A program made the translations under genes and the position numbers. From Spirochaetota bacterium (GTDB lineage: Bacteria; Spirochaetota; UBA4802; JAFGDQ01), in contig JAZDKB010000015.1 of NCBI GenBank assembly GCA_043803405.1, positions 160,001 to 224,000 of the forward strand: a stretch of 64,000 nt of DNA, given 5' to 3'. The notes below the pieces were generated by a model. That model was not told the DNA's origin, made no database searches, and was given only the letters and a program-made list of their open reading frames with translations. Shown in pieces: positions 36,255 to 46,143 of the stretch. Within the stretch, counting starts at the first letter, position 1. Every line of letters starts with the position of its first letter.

Positions 36255-38120
36255 ATGAACAATCTTTCTCAAAAATTAAAACATTGCATAATATTAAAAA
36301 TTATTTTTATATTTATCATTTCCTGCCAGATAGTATTTTTTGCGGGCTGCAATAATAGTTCGCAGAACAGCGGGAATCCAAATGGCGGTACAAATGGCCC
36401 GATTATAATTTCAGTAAGCACATCCAGATTAAGCGGAGTTGCTCCTTTGTCCGTATTTTTTGATGCTACAGGCACTACTGGTCTTACCGATCTAGGCTTT
36501 TTTGCAGATAACGCAGCATACATGGATGCAACATTCGCATGGAACTTTGACGCAGATAATACTGATCCGGATGGCAAATATGAAAATGCCAGCGGATTTG
36601 TAGCAGCTCATGTTTTTGAGCATCCGGGCACATACAGGGTTCACCTCGATGTTTATGATGCAGCAGGTAATACAGCTTCCAAAGATACAGTCATTACAGT
36701 TTCCGCTTTTAGCGGAACGACTTATTACGTTGCTGCTGATGGTGACGATAGTGGCACAGGAGCAATAGATGATCCGTTCCAGACAGTTTCCCACGCTCTT
36801 ACCGGTTCTCATGTACAGAATAATACAAGAATATTATTTAAGCAAGGTGATATATTTAATACAGCTTATGTCGGAATCACGAGTTCTGCTACACCAGTTA
36901 TTGTAGGTACTTATGATGATCCGAGTGATCCTTCCAGTGACAAACCAATTATCTATTCTACCGAATCAAACGGGGCTTATTCAACAATTGATCTTACGGT
37001 TAACGATTGGCGAGTAATGAATTTAGAAGTACAATCAGGTGGGTATTCTTATAATGTACCTCCACGTTATCCATCCGGTATAAATTTTACATCATCCTCA
37101 ACTAATTGTTTAAAATATAGAACCGCAGAGAATAATCTAGGTCAATTACCTTTGAATATAGGAGGTCATTATAATACAATTGCAGAATGTGAATTTTATA
37201 ATGTAAATCTCGGAGGATATTCTTCAGGTACTGCAACCAATTATGAGAATGCTATTATTGGTAACAATGTACATGACCAAATAGGAGATCACGAGGGACA
37301 TACTTTCCGTTTACAGGGTGGAAATAGATTTTTTATTGCGCATAATACATTTGGGCCGAATATTGAAACAGTTGTTTGGGATGCGCTAACTATAAGGGGT
37401 AATTCAGAAAAAGTAGTTATTTATAAAAATACGATGTATGGCAACGTACTTTCTATTAGACCGCAAAATACAAATTCTGCTGAAGAATATCAACATCATG
37501 TTTTGGCAGATTCTAATTTATTTATAGGTGTTAGCGGACATCGTCAAAGTTCAGTACAAATAGATGCAAAAGATATTGTCTTCAGAAATAATATATTTTA
37601 TAATTATGAATATATATTCTCTATTCAAGATGACTCCATTGTTGGTTCTTCTCAAAGAATTAAAATATATAATAATACTTTTATAAATCCTTCTGTAAGT
37701 AATGCTTTTTATTTATTTTATATCGATCAACCATGTACTAATTTAGAATTTAAGAATAATTTAATGCTAGATGTAGCTAGTGTTAACACTATTTGTTTTC
37801 TGGGAATCGAAAATGGTAACACATTGACGAATTGTATATCAAATCATAATATGTTTTATGGTAGTAATTGGGTAGCTTCTCCTGTATTATTCAATGGAGG
37901 GACTTTAGCTATCTGGCAATCTTCTACCGGCAATGATCAAAATAGTTTTATTGCGAATCCAAATCTTATAAGTACTGATCCCAATAATATTAATTTTGGT
38001 AAACCGCAAGCAGGCAGCCCAGTCATAGGTGCAGGTGAGGCTTTGCTTTATAACGCTCTCGATTACAACGGAAATTTAAGAGGAGCTTCGCACGATATTG
38101 GAGCTTGCGAATATTATTGA
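36255..38120 (+). CDS. Lipoprotein with a PKD domain and a right-handed parallel beta-helix (pectin-lyase-like fold)
   Basis: GGAG SD plus ATG at 36255; lipobox FFAGC; GVAPLSVFFDA..WNFD..HVFEHPGTY; YYVAADGDD; NNIF/YNNTF repeats; DIGACE end. Confidence 0.8.
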   Translation: MNNLSQKLKHCIILKIIFIFIISCQIVFFAGCNNSSQNSGNPNGGTNGPIIISVSTSRLSGVAPLSVFFDATGTTGLTDLGFFADNAAYMDATFAWNFDADNTDPDGKYENASGFVAAHVFEHPGTYRVHLDVYDAAGNTASKDTVITVSAFSGTTYYVAADGDDSGTGAIDDPFQTVSHALTGSHVQNNTRILFKQGDIFNTAYVGITSSATPVIVGTYDDPSDPSSDKPIIYSTESNGAYSTIDLTVNDWRVMNLEVQSGGYSYNVPPRYPSGINFTSSSTNCLKYRTAENNLGQLPLNIGGHYNTIAECEFYNVNLGGYSSGTATNYENAIIGNNVHDQIGDHEGHTFRLQGGNRFFIAHNTFGPNIETVVWDALTIRGNSEKVVIYKNTMYGNVLSIRPQNTNSAEEYQHHVLADSNLFIGVSGHRQSSVQIDAKDIVFRNNIFYNYEYIFSIQDDSIVGSSQRIKIYNNTFINPSVSNAFYLFYIDQPCTNLEFKNNLMLDVASVNTICFLGIENGNTLTNCISNHNMFYGSNWVASPVLFNGGTLAIWQSSTGNDQNSFIANPNLISTDPNNINFGKPQAGSPVIGAGEALLYNALDYNGNLRGASHDIGACEYY

Positions 38121-38235
38121 TAGAAAGGCAATAGAAAAATGTCATAAATCACCAGGGAATTTTCGGGTATTGAGCTGATTCAAAGTTCTTATTTGGGAAT
38201 TAAACGATTCATTGTTGTAAGGATATTGAGTTGTA

Positions 38236-41200
38236 TTATATCTTCTCCTGATGCTTCAGCATAGGTTCCAGAATCTTAAGTGAGGTTTCAGTAAAATCAT
38301 CGTTTACAGGAGAAATATTTCCAAAGCACAGGTTGTAATATGCATCAGTGCCCTCCCCGCCTCCCTGATACTCATTGCCTGTCCATTCATCTTCAGCCTG
38401 CGATCTGGCCTTTTCAGCGGAATTGCCCTTAAACATTGAATCGGCAAATTTAAGGGAAGTTTCCGGGAAAAAGCGGATAAGCTCATTGTGGCCTTTAATA
38501 AATAAATCCAGCAAATCGCAGAGCAGATCGCCGCAGTTCTGGGGCCGGCTAATTTCCCATTCCGCGTTCTTGCAAATTAAAATGCTCTTTGCAGAGCAGT
38601 CGCTATTGTTAAGCGTATTCAGTATAATATGTTCTATCCATGCTTTTATTCTGTCAGCGGCTTTTGCTTTAGCATACCTGTACCGCAGCATTCCATTTTG
38701 CCGGATATTATCCAGCCTGCCTGTCAGCTTAAAACCGCGGATATCCAGATCGACCTCAACAGTATCCGGCCTGACACATCCGGAAATTTCTTCTATCCTG
38801 CACACAAAATTTTTTATTCCGGGTAATGAATTTTCAAAAAGCGCCCTTCCCGTCTCTCCGTGAGGAAGCATTCCGCGGGCGCGGACAATATTATACAGAT
38901 CGTCCAGGTTTCGGCCTGCCATACAATGCCCGCATATCATTTCCTCAAGGAGATATTTCTGTAACCCCTCGACGCTAAACGGTTCTTTCTCATCCAGGAC
39001 GTCCGTTCTGTTGTCCAGATAAATGCCAAGTACATTCGTGCAAAGATATTTTGCAGGATTGCTGAAAAACGAAAGCAGGCTGCTCACTGTGATCGTTTTC
39101 CCCGGAACAAGACAAGTATCGGAAAGTCTGCCTTTTATGAACAGGCTTTCGTCTTTTCTTTCCGACACTGTAATTTTGCAGGCTGCATGATTTTCTTCCG
39201 AGTAGCTGAACAGGTTTTTATTATCTGTAAAATATTTACCGCTGAATGACTGCAAGGGATGCTTTATAAGTATATGATCTTTTATTGCAGCGTCCTTTGC
39301 CATGTATTTCCCTATATAGTCCAGGAGTTCGCTTACCACGACCGAAGGCTGAATTTCGCTGTTGTCTTTAATGCTTTGCCCTGTGTAGCTGATATACAAA
39401 CTTTGCCCTGCAGATATGATCGCTTCCAGAAAAAGATACCGGTCATCGTCGCGGCGCGACCTGTCGCCGCGTATGGGCTTCTGAGATATCAGGTCAAAGC
39501 TTACGGGATTGTCGGCTCTTGGGAATGAGCTGTCGTTCAGTCCCATAAGACAGACTGCCTTGAAAGGGATGCTGCGCATGGGCAGCATTGCGCAGAATGT
39601 GACGCCGCCTGTTAAAAAGCCGCTGCTTATGCGCCTGTCCTTAAACAACGCCCGCAGCCATGTTATAATAACCACGGGTTCTATCTCCTCATGAAAATCA
39701 GACTTTTCCTCTATTGAAACAAGTTTAATAACAGCATCCCGTATCATCTGAATATTTTCAGAGTCGTCGTTAATATCAAATATTCTGCTGACTATTGTTT
39801 CAAGAACATTGGTCCAGCCGGAGAGCGTATATTTTTTTGAGAGCGATTCTGTTATGCCTGTAAGCGTATTGAAATATTCGATGAACTTTCCGAGTACTGC
39901 AGAATCGCTGCCCTCAATGTCATAAGGCAGAATATCCTGAAACATTGTTTCGGCATTGCCCGGCATCGCGTAACCCAGAAGCATACGCTCAAGACCGGAC
40001 TCCCACGTGTTCTCTTTAAAAGCAGGCAAACCCAGCTTTCCACGAAAATCCGCGTCGATTCCCCAGCTTACGTTCGTGCCTTTTATCCATTCGCGGATCA
40101 GTTTAAGATCGCTCAGAGTAAGGCCGAAGTTATTTAATACATTGCCGTTTTCCAGAATATCCAGAATCTTTGCTGCTTCGAACCTGCTGTTCTTAAGCTC
40201 AAGCACGGCAAAGAATGTCCTTTCGGTAAGGCTGTCTTTTTCAATGCTCCTGTCTGCAATTGAGAATGGAATTCTGCGGCGCTCGTCGCGCGGTTCACCG
40301 AATACCGCAGAAATATATGGCGAATATGCTTCGATATCCGGTGTCATCACGATAATATCGCGTGGTTCCAGCGCCGGGTCCGAATTAAACATATCGAGGA
40401 TATTATCATACAAAACTTCCGTTTCACGCATCGGGCTGTGGCACGAATGCACTCTTACCGACATATCTGCAGCAAGCGCAGCCGCAGTAAACTTCGCGCG
40501 CCCGTTCTCATCGGGCTCAGTCATGTCGAGTATGTCGCGCTGAATATTGTGAAGCAGTGAATCGCGAGGCTGCTCCGAAAACAGGGGGTATTCCTGCGTG
40601 TTGTCGTCTTTCGTTAGCATTGAAAAAAAATCGCCTCCCACCCTTCCCAGCGAAGCAAGAAGACTGTTGCCCTTTTCCAGATGCAGTTCGTTTGTGGTGA
40701 TATTATCCTTATATTTTCCCATGGTCTTTGCGATGTTTTTTTCCGGGTAAATATCGGCCCAGTATTCCCTGCACGGATTCATGAAAAAGATATTTACCTG
40801 AAGATAACCTGATATCGCGGAGAGAATATCCAGGTGAAATTCAGGTATCGAAGATATCCCGAATACTGAGATCCTTTCCGTAAGAGCAGCCGGATTGAAA
40901 TCCTCGTTCTTTAGCTGCCCGAAAAATTTATTTTTTAAATCATGCGGAAGCTGCGGTTTACGACCGCTTATCAGGTTACGCCATAGCTCAGGCTGCCAGC
41001 CGCTGCCCTTTCCGCTGTTCCAGCCGAGCATCATGTCCGGCCTGTATGTGAGGTACTGATCGAACGTGTCAGCAATACGCGCTGACAGCTGGTAGCTGCG
41101 CAGCATAGCGTCATCTGCAGTCAGGTATTCTTTAAGGCTTTCGAATTCTTTTTTTTCAAGACAGCCAGGCAATACTTTCATTATCTGCCATGCTGCAACT

Positions 41201-41469
41201 GAAGTATCGAAAAGACGCTCGCCGCTGTAATCCGGAATGATCCTGCTGAAAATCTCATCAATGATATTGTTCGGGTAATAATATTTGCAGTTCGACCATA
41301 CGCCAAGCCTCTCAGCCATCTGCATGGATATCCAGCGCGCCATGCCCGGGCTCTGTACAACGATCGCTTCCGGCTTTAACGGTGAAGAAAGCGGCTTTCT
41401 TATAGTATCAGCGAGCTTGTCAGCAAGGGCTTCCAGTTTATTGCTTGTGTATAGTTGGATATTGGGCAT
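38236..41469 (-). CDS. recC: Exodeoxyribonuclease V gamma subunit
   Basis: SNKLE.L, IVVQSPGMARW, FDQYLTYRP, NPCREYW, HSCHSPMRETEVL, VMTPDIEAY, LPMRSIPF and DDRYLFLEA. Confidence 0.96.
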   Translation of the reverse strand: MPNIQLYTSNKLEALADKLADTIRKPLSSPLKPEAIVVQSPGMARWISMQMAERLGVWSNCKYYYPNNIIDEIFSRIIPDYSGERLFDTSVAAWQIMKVLPGCLEKKEFESLKEYLTADDAMLRSYQLSARIADTFDQYLTYRPDMMLGWNSGKGSGWQPELWRNLISGRKPQLPHDLKNKFFGQLKNEDFNPAALTERISVFGISSIPEFHLDILSAISGYLQVNIFFMNPCREYWADIYPEKNIAKTMGKYKDNITTNELHLEKGNSLLASLGRVGGDFFSMLTKDDNTQEYPLFSEQPRDSLLHNIQRDILDMTEPDENGRAKFTAAALAADMSVRVHSCHSPMRETEVLYDNILDMFNSDPALEPRDIIVMTPDIEAYSPYISAVFGEPRDERRRIPFSIADRSIEKDSLTERTFFAVLELKNSRFEAAKILDILENGNVLNNFGLTLSDLKLIREWIKGTNVSWGIDADFRGKLGLPAFKENTWESGLERMLLGYAMPGNAETMFQDILPYDIEGSDSAVLGKFIEYFNTLTGITESLSKKYTLSGWTNVLETIVSRIFDINDDSENIQMIRDAVIKLVSIEEKSDFHEEIEPVVIITWLRALFKDRRISSGFLTGGVTFCAMLPMRSIPFKAVCLMGLNDSSFPRADNPVSFDLISQKPIRGDRSRRDDDRYLFLEAIISAGQSLYISYTGQSIKDNSEIQPSVVVSELLDYIGKYMAKDAAIKDHILIKHPLQSFSGKYFTDNKNLFSYSEENHAACKITVSERKDESLFIKGRLSDTCLVPGKTITVSSLLSFFSNPAKYLCTNVLGIYLDNRTDVLDEKEPFSVEGLQKYLLEEMICGHCMAGRNLDDLYNIVRARGMLPHGETGRALFENSLPGIKNFVCRIEEISGCVRPDTVEVDLDIRGFKLTGRLDNIRQNGMLRYRYAKAKAADRIKAWIEHIILNTLNNSDCSAKSILICKNAEWEISRPQNCGDLLCDLLDLFIKGHNELIRFFPETSLKFADSMFKGNSAEKARSQAEDEWTGNEYQGGGEGTDAYYNLCFGNISPVNDDFTETSLKILEPMLKHQEKI

Positions 41470-41527
41470 TGTAAATAATTATATCTATAGAGTAGGATTT
41501 TACCGTGTACTTAGATATACTATAAGA

Positions 41528-41800
41528 TCAATATATCTCATCATGGCTTCCGATATCAATCGGAATTACTTTATTATCTTCGATTAAAAAATCAATTGAT
41601 ATCCGATAAGAAATATTTATTGATACAGAATACAATTCAGACATTCTGCCGTGCAATTTGTGTAATCTTAATGAAGGATGATTTGGATTCAGTTCCAGCA
41701 ATTTTAGAGTTTTTTCATATTGAGATATTAATTCAGGATGTTTTTTAGCAAATTTTGCTGCCCGTTTTAAATAACTCTCAGTATAAATTATGTCAAACAC
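41528..41800 (-). CDS. RelE/YafQ-like (plasmid stabilization) toxin
   Basis: Y.KRAAKF..HP..LELNPNHPSLRLHKL.G..SVSINISYRI..IDIGSHDEIY. Confidence 0.85.
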   Translation of the reverse strand: MFDIIYTESYLKRAAKFAKKHPELISQYEKTLKLLELNPNHPSLRLHKLHGRMSELYSVSINISYRISIDFLIEDNKVIPIDIGSHDEIY

Positions 41801-42050
41801 GAGTTATTCTCTTTATATGTTTTTCAACGGATTCTTTTATAAACTTTCCTTCTTTGATATCTTTTCTGGTTTCCTGAAGCGCAGTTTCCAGTTCACATTC
41901 CCTTAAATAATTATATTTTTCAATTGGAAGAACAACAAATTTATTTTTTCCTCTAACAGTTATAATTACTTCTGTTCCATCTGCTGTTTCCTCTTCCAAA
42001 ATAGAAACACCCTTTGTTTTTAATTCGTTTGCTGTTATTATTTGTGGCAT
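41793..42050 (-). CDS. Phd/YefM family antitoxin
   Basis: ITANELKTKG..EVIITVRGK..FVV; overlaps the toxin start. Confidence 0.85.
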   Translation of the reverse strand: MPQIITANELKTKGVSILEEETADGTEVIITVRGKNKFVVLPIEKYNYLRECELETALQETRKDIKEGKFIKESVEKHIKRITRV

Positions 42051-42067
42051 TTTTATTAATCCTTTTA

Positions 42068-42109
42068 ATAGTACGATTTATAATACTATCATTATGTTTA
42101 ATCTGTCAA
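42068..42109 (-). promoter_or_regulatory. TA promoter with an overlapping operator palindrome
   Basis: Minus strand TTGACA-18 bp-TATTAT; inverted repeat atagta(42068-73)/tactat(42084-89) overlapping the -10. Confidence 0.55.
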
Positions 42110-42196
42110 TATTTTTTTATTAAAAAATTTTTGTATTGAAGTAATATTTATCTTCATAAATATATATTTATAATTTATTCGCAGACATTAAAAAAA

Positions 42197-43168
42197 ATGC
42201 CAGAACCAACAACATTATCATCCGTAATCAATAAAAACAATGCCGGTGCCCGGCTTATTGACTTTCTGAGTTCGCGGTTCAGGTATCACACAATCGAAAA
42301 ATGGGAAGAGATTATTAATGCACAGGATGTAAAAGTAAATGGTTCAGCTTCTTTGCCTGATTATATCCTTAAAAACAAAGACATCGTTTCATATACAGTT
42401 ATACTTAACGAACCTCCAGTTGATTCGAATATTAAAATTATTCATAATGAAGACAGTTTTCTTGTAGCGTTTAAACCGGGTAATCTTCCCTCACATGCTG
42501 ACGGTAACTTTATTAAGCATACTTTTTCTTACTTAATAAAGAAGATGATGTCGGATAAAGGTTATGACGGATACCTTAAACTGGCGCATCGGCTCGACCG
42601 CGAGACGAGTGGCCTCCTTGTTGTTGCAAAATCGAAAGATGCTAACCGCGCCCTTGCCCGTCAGTTCGAGGCCCATGCTGTTGAGAAAGAATATATCGCG
42701 ATAGTCCGCGGTTCAATTCAGGACGCTTCATTTGAAGCAGACGGCGCGATCGCGCCCGATCCCGAAAGCTCTGTGTCTATCAGGAAGCGCGTTGTGCCTG
42801 CAGGTACACCGAACGCGCAGGCTTCCCTCACCCGCTTTGAAGTGATCGAGCGTCTTACAGACTATACAGTCGTGCGATGCCTGCCTGCTACCGGCCGCAC
42901 GAACCAGATACGCGTGCATCTCGCGCACATTGGGCACCCGCTCGCGGGAGACAAGCTTTACGGCAGAAGCGATGCAGAGTTCCTGGAATTTGTGCGAGCT
43001 GCACGCAGAGGAAGTTTTGAGATGCTGCCGTGGATGGACGCGCCCCGGCATATGCTCCACGCGTCCTCAATCGCGTTCAAGCATCCGGTAACAGGCGAAC
43101 GGGTACAGTTCCTGTGTCCGGTGCCTGAGGATATGATGGAGTTTATTAGGAAAGTATTAAAAAAATAA
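42197..43168 (+). CDS. RluA/RluD family RNA pseudouridine synthase
   Basis: S4-like N-terminus, KPGNLPSH, HRLDRETSG, TGRTNQIRVH, GDKLYG and LHA motifs. Confidence 0.93.
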   Translation: MPEPTTLSSVINKNNAGARLIDFLSSRFRYHTIEKWEEIINAQDVKVNGSASLPDYILKNKDIVSYTVILNEPPVDSNIKIIHNEDSFLVAFKPGNLPSHADGNFIKHTFSYLIKKMMSDKGYDGYLKLAHRLDRETSGLLVVAKSKDANRALARQFEAHAVEKEYIAIVRGSIQDASFEADGAIAPDPESSVSIRKRVVPAGTPNAQASLTRFEVIERLTDYTVVRCLPATGRTNQIRVHLAHIGHPLAGDKLYGRSDAEFLEFVRAARRGSFEMLPWMDAPRHMLHASSIAFKHPVTGERVQFLCPVPEDMMEFIRKVLKK

Positions 43169-43169
43169 T

Positions 43170-43514
43170 TTACCGAGTTTTACAGTTTGAGAGGTAGTAT
43201 TTTACTTTTTTCTTTTCGATTTCTTCGTACCCGAATATTTTTATATGACGCCTCTCTTTTCCATTACCTTCCAGCACAGAATATGGATCATCCATCATTG
43301 ATCCATTTCCGAATTCTATAGATATATATTTTTTTCTTTGAAATATCCCACATAAAAGAAAATCGGTTTTATAAACTATTCCGCCATACATTATAACTTC
43401 CGAAGCTTCCGGAATAATCTTCAATATTATTTTACGCAGGACAGTAATCATCTTTGCCTCTTCCGGCATAAATGCTTCTAAATCCTGAATAAACCGTTTA
43501 ACATCTTTATCCAT
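43170..43514 (-). CDS. DUF1801 domain protein (ATG at 43514)
   Basis: LRKII..P.ASE.IMYGG..Y..CGIF..F.NG..DP..LEG.GK..RHIK. Confidence 0.75.
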   Translation of the reverse strand: MDKDVKRFIQDLEAFMPEEAKMITVLRKIILKIIPEASEVIMYGGIVYKTDFLLCGIFQRKKYISIEFGNGSMMDDPYSVLEGNGKERRHIKIFGYEEIEKKKVKYYLSNCKTR

Positions 43515-43519
43515 TTTTA

Positions 43520-43933
43520 TTAACTCTGCTTTGCAAAACCCAGAATATAGCCGTTGCAATCTGCAATATAAAACTCACGCATTCCGTACCAACTGGTATG
43601 GATATCTTTTATTATTTTTACTTTGTCTTTAAATTTTTTATAAATAGAATCAATGTCATCTACTTCGAAATAAAATGACACAGATGCTCCAATTGGCTTA
43701 TTCGCAAAATATGGAATATCAGATGAAAGGCTTCCTTTCGATTGAAACATAATCTCAATTGATTCTGATTTAACTAAAGCGTATACTAATTTTCTTTTGT
43801 AATCATTTTCAAACAATCCTTCATTTTTATCTTCAGGGACTCCCATCACAAAAGTGAAGTTCAGATAATCCTGATAAAATTTAACTGTTTCTTGGACATC
43901 ATTGACCATTAAATTTGCCGTTAATTTTTGCAT
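43520..43933 (-). CDS. VOC/glyoxalase/bleomycin-resistance family protein
   Basis: NLMVNDV..TVKFY..LNF, YFEVDDID and WYGMREFYIADCNGYILGF. Confidence 0.88.
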   Translation of the reverse strand: MQKLTANLMVNDVQETVKFYQDYLNFTFVMGVPEDKNEGLFENDYKRKLVYALVKSESIEIMFQSKGSLSSDIPYFANKPIGASVSFYFEVDDIDSIYKKFKDKVKIIKDIHTSWYGMREFYIADCNGYILGFAKQS

Positions 43934-44026
43934 CCTATGCCTCCGAATTTATTATTGATCATGTACACTCAGCAGCAGTATACTAAAAATTCCTTTCACT
44001 AAATAATTTATCTATTAATTTTAGTC

Positions 44027-44042
44027 TTGTAAAAATGCGACA
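44027..44042 (-). promoter_or_regulatory. Candidate AraC-family activator site upstream of the VOC gene
   Basis: Minus strand tgtcgcatttttacaa directly after the AraC stop; near-identical copy at 44089-44103; similar cgcaactttatacaa at 45994-46008 upstream of the cupin gene. Confidence 0.45.
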
Positions 44043-44765
44043 TTACTGTTTTTTTAGCGGGACAGTTCCGGAGAGCATTTTATATTCTTTGTAAAAATGT
44101 GACTGGTCATAATAGCCGGCATTTTGAGCAATAGAAGCGAGTGAGTCTTCAATATTTACTTTGAGTATTTTATTCACATATTGAAAGCGGGTTATCCTTG
44201 AATAAAATTTGGGGGATATTCCTACAGAATTCATAAATTTACGTTCAAGATGGCGTCTTGATACGCCTATAATATCTGCAATTTCATCTACTGTTCTTAA
44301 TCCATTATTATCCTTAATTAAAACAGCAGCCGAATATGCAATCTTATCAAATTGCTTTTCCATGAAGCACTTCTTTAATTTATTTTCTATGGCAGAAAAA
44401 ATAAAGTTTTTATTAGAAACACAATCTGCATCAATTGCAGGAATATTCAGTTCGCAGATTTCGTCAAGAGGGATATTTTTATCTGTCAATTCTATCAGGG
44501 GAATATTTAAAAATGGAGAAGCACAGCAGGGTCTAAAACGAATACCGATGCTTATTTCGGCAGGTTCAATAAACACTTCAGCAGGCCTGGTCATACATCC
44601 AACAACGAATTGATTACATCGCCCATTATTAAACGATAATATAATATCAGTACATCCATCAGGGGGAATTATCGCTTTTATTCTTTTACTGGTATTGTTA
44701 GAGTAAGTCCAATATGCTTCAATATACTGCGCTGCCCAGTTTTCGGGAGTTAATTCATAATACAT
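44043..44765 (-). CDS. AraC family regulator (DUF6597-type N-terminus)
   Basis: IPPDGCTDII, GIRFRP, SRRHLERKF..VGISPK and GYYDQSHF. Confidence 0.9.
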   Translation of the reverse strand: MYYELTPENWAAQYIEAYWTYSNNTSKRIKAIIPPDGCTDIILSFNNGRCNQFVVGCMTRPAEVFIEPAEISIGIRFRPCCASPFLNIPLIELTDKNIPLDEICELNIPAIDADCVSNKNFIFSAIENKLKKCFMEKQFDKIAYSAAVLIKDNNGLRTVDEIADIIGVSRRHLERKFMNSVGISPKFYSRITRFQYVNKILKVNIEDSLASIAQNAGYYDQSHFYKEYKMLSGTVPLKKQ

Positions 44766-44839
44766 ATAAGTACACAGAGTAAAATATTTTCAGCAGTCAA
44801 TTACTATTGTTTTTATAAATCTTATATCCTTCTTCCGGG

Positions 44840-45544
44840 TTATGCTTTTATCATCCTTACGGAATCAAAATATCTATTAGGCGTTATTCCGACATGCTTT
44901 TTGAAAATTCTGATTAAATGGCTCTGATCATAAAAACCGCATGAGAAAGCAACATCCATTTTATCCTTTTGCTGCATTCCTCTTTCTTTAAATTTTTTCA
45001 CCCTAGATTGCAAAATATACTGATGTAATGATAAACCTACCACTTCTTTAAACAAATGAAGAAGATAATGCGGGCTCAGGCCAATATTATGCGCCAGTAA
45101 ATCAACTGTCAGTTGTTTTGTGTAATTATTATCTATATATTTCAGTATTTCATCTATCTTACTATATTTTTTCTTGTAACTGTACTTGCTTTGTTTTAAA
45201 TAATAGGAAATAAGAGATCTAAAATTCCCATTCTTAAAAGCTTTATGAAACTTTTTATCAAAATTAGTTCCCTCATAAAGCTGATTAATGTCATCAGCAC
45301 ATATAATCGAATAACTGGCTTCATCAACATAACTCATGTGAACTTTATACGGCGGCACAATGAATAAATCATCTTTCTTTAATTCAATTTTTTTCCCATC
45401 AATAAATAATACTTTTGTACCGGAATCAATCCGTCCTATGCAAATCCTTCTGTTAATGTGCATCGGAAAAACATGAGATAAGTTGTTTACCTCTAGTATT
45501 TCTAAAGAAGAATTTGATATTAATGTTTTATATTCCGTTTGCAT
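44840..45544 (-). CDS. AraC family transcriptional regulator
   Basis: FPMH cupin-like N-terminus; LA..IGLSPHYLLHLFKE.VG and GFYDQSHLIR.FK..GITP. Confidence 0.9.
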   Translation of the reverse strand: MQTEYKTLISNSSLEILEVNNLSHVFPMHINRRICIGRIDSGTKVLFIDGKKIELKKDDLFIVPPYKVHMSYVDEASYSIICADDINQLYEGTNFDKKFHKAFKNGNFRSLISYYLKQSKYSYKKKYSKIDEILKYIDNNYTKQLTVDLLAHNIGLSPHYLLHLFKEVVGLSLHQYILQSRVKKFKERGMQQKDKMDVAFSCGFYDQSHLIRIFKKHVGITPNRYFDSVRMIKA

Positions 45545-45549
45545 GATGA

Positions 45550-45936
45550 TCAGTTCAACGGCGGAGTAAATTTTGCCAAAAGGATCATACCTTTTTTACC
45601 GGCTTTAATGTTATGCAGAATATTTCCCGGGATTAAAGAAATAACACCAGGATAATAATTTAAAGTCGTATTATCAACCATCGCTTCTCCATCTCCATCA
45701 ATTATCTCATGTAATTCCGCTTTGCCTTCATGGATATGATTGCCTATCTCATGATTCGGCTCAATTTTCACTATCATGGCGCTTAAATTATTATTGCTGT
45801 CCGAACCGGTAAATAAATTTTTTATAAATACGCCTTCAAATTTAGGATGCTTTTCCCATTGAATACTTGAAGTATTGTTAAGCTTTTCCCCATTGATAAA
45901 AACACTGCCATTTTCCAGCCAATTAGCATTATTCAT
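45550..45936 (-). CDS. Cupin domain protein
   Basis: W..HP.F.GV, GNHIHEGKAELHEII.G and IPGNILH motifs. Confidence 0.85.
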   Translation of the reverse strand: MNNANWLENGSVFINGEKLNNTSSIQWEKHPKFEGVFIKNLFTGSDSNNNLSAMIVKIEPNHEIGNHIHEGKAELHEIIDGDGEAMVDNTTLNYYPGVISLIPGNILHNIKAGKKGMILLAKFTPPLN

Positions 45937-46143
45937 TTAATAACCTCCATTAAATTTATTACAATAAGGATAATATATTTATTGGAAAGTGTATTGTATA
46001 AAGTTGCGGTTAATAAAAAAATAATAAAACTAACATCCCAAATACAGATCACATACAATCGAAAATAGCTATAGCATCCATACAGGCATCAGAAATAAAA
46101 GTATTATTATTCAATAATTCAGTAGATTTAATCATCGTATAGC

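Noticed and set aside
32011..42050. Prophage or integrative element bounded by the two TA pairs
   Set aside because: There is no integrase, transposase, phage gene or flanking direct repeat, and the interior holds core-type genes (recC, ahbAB).
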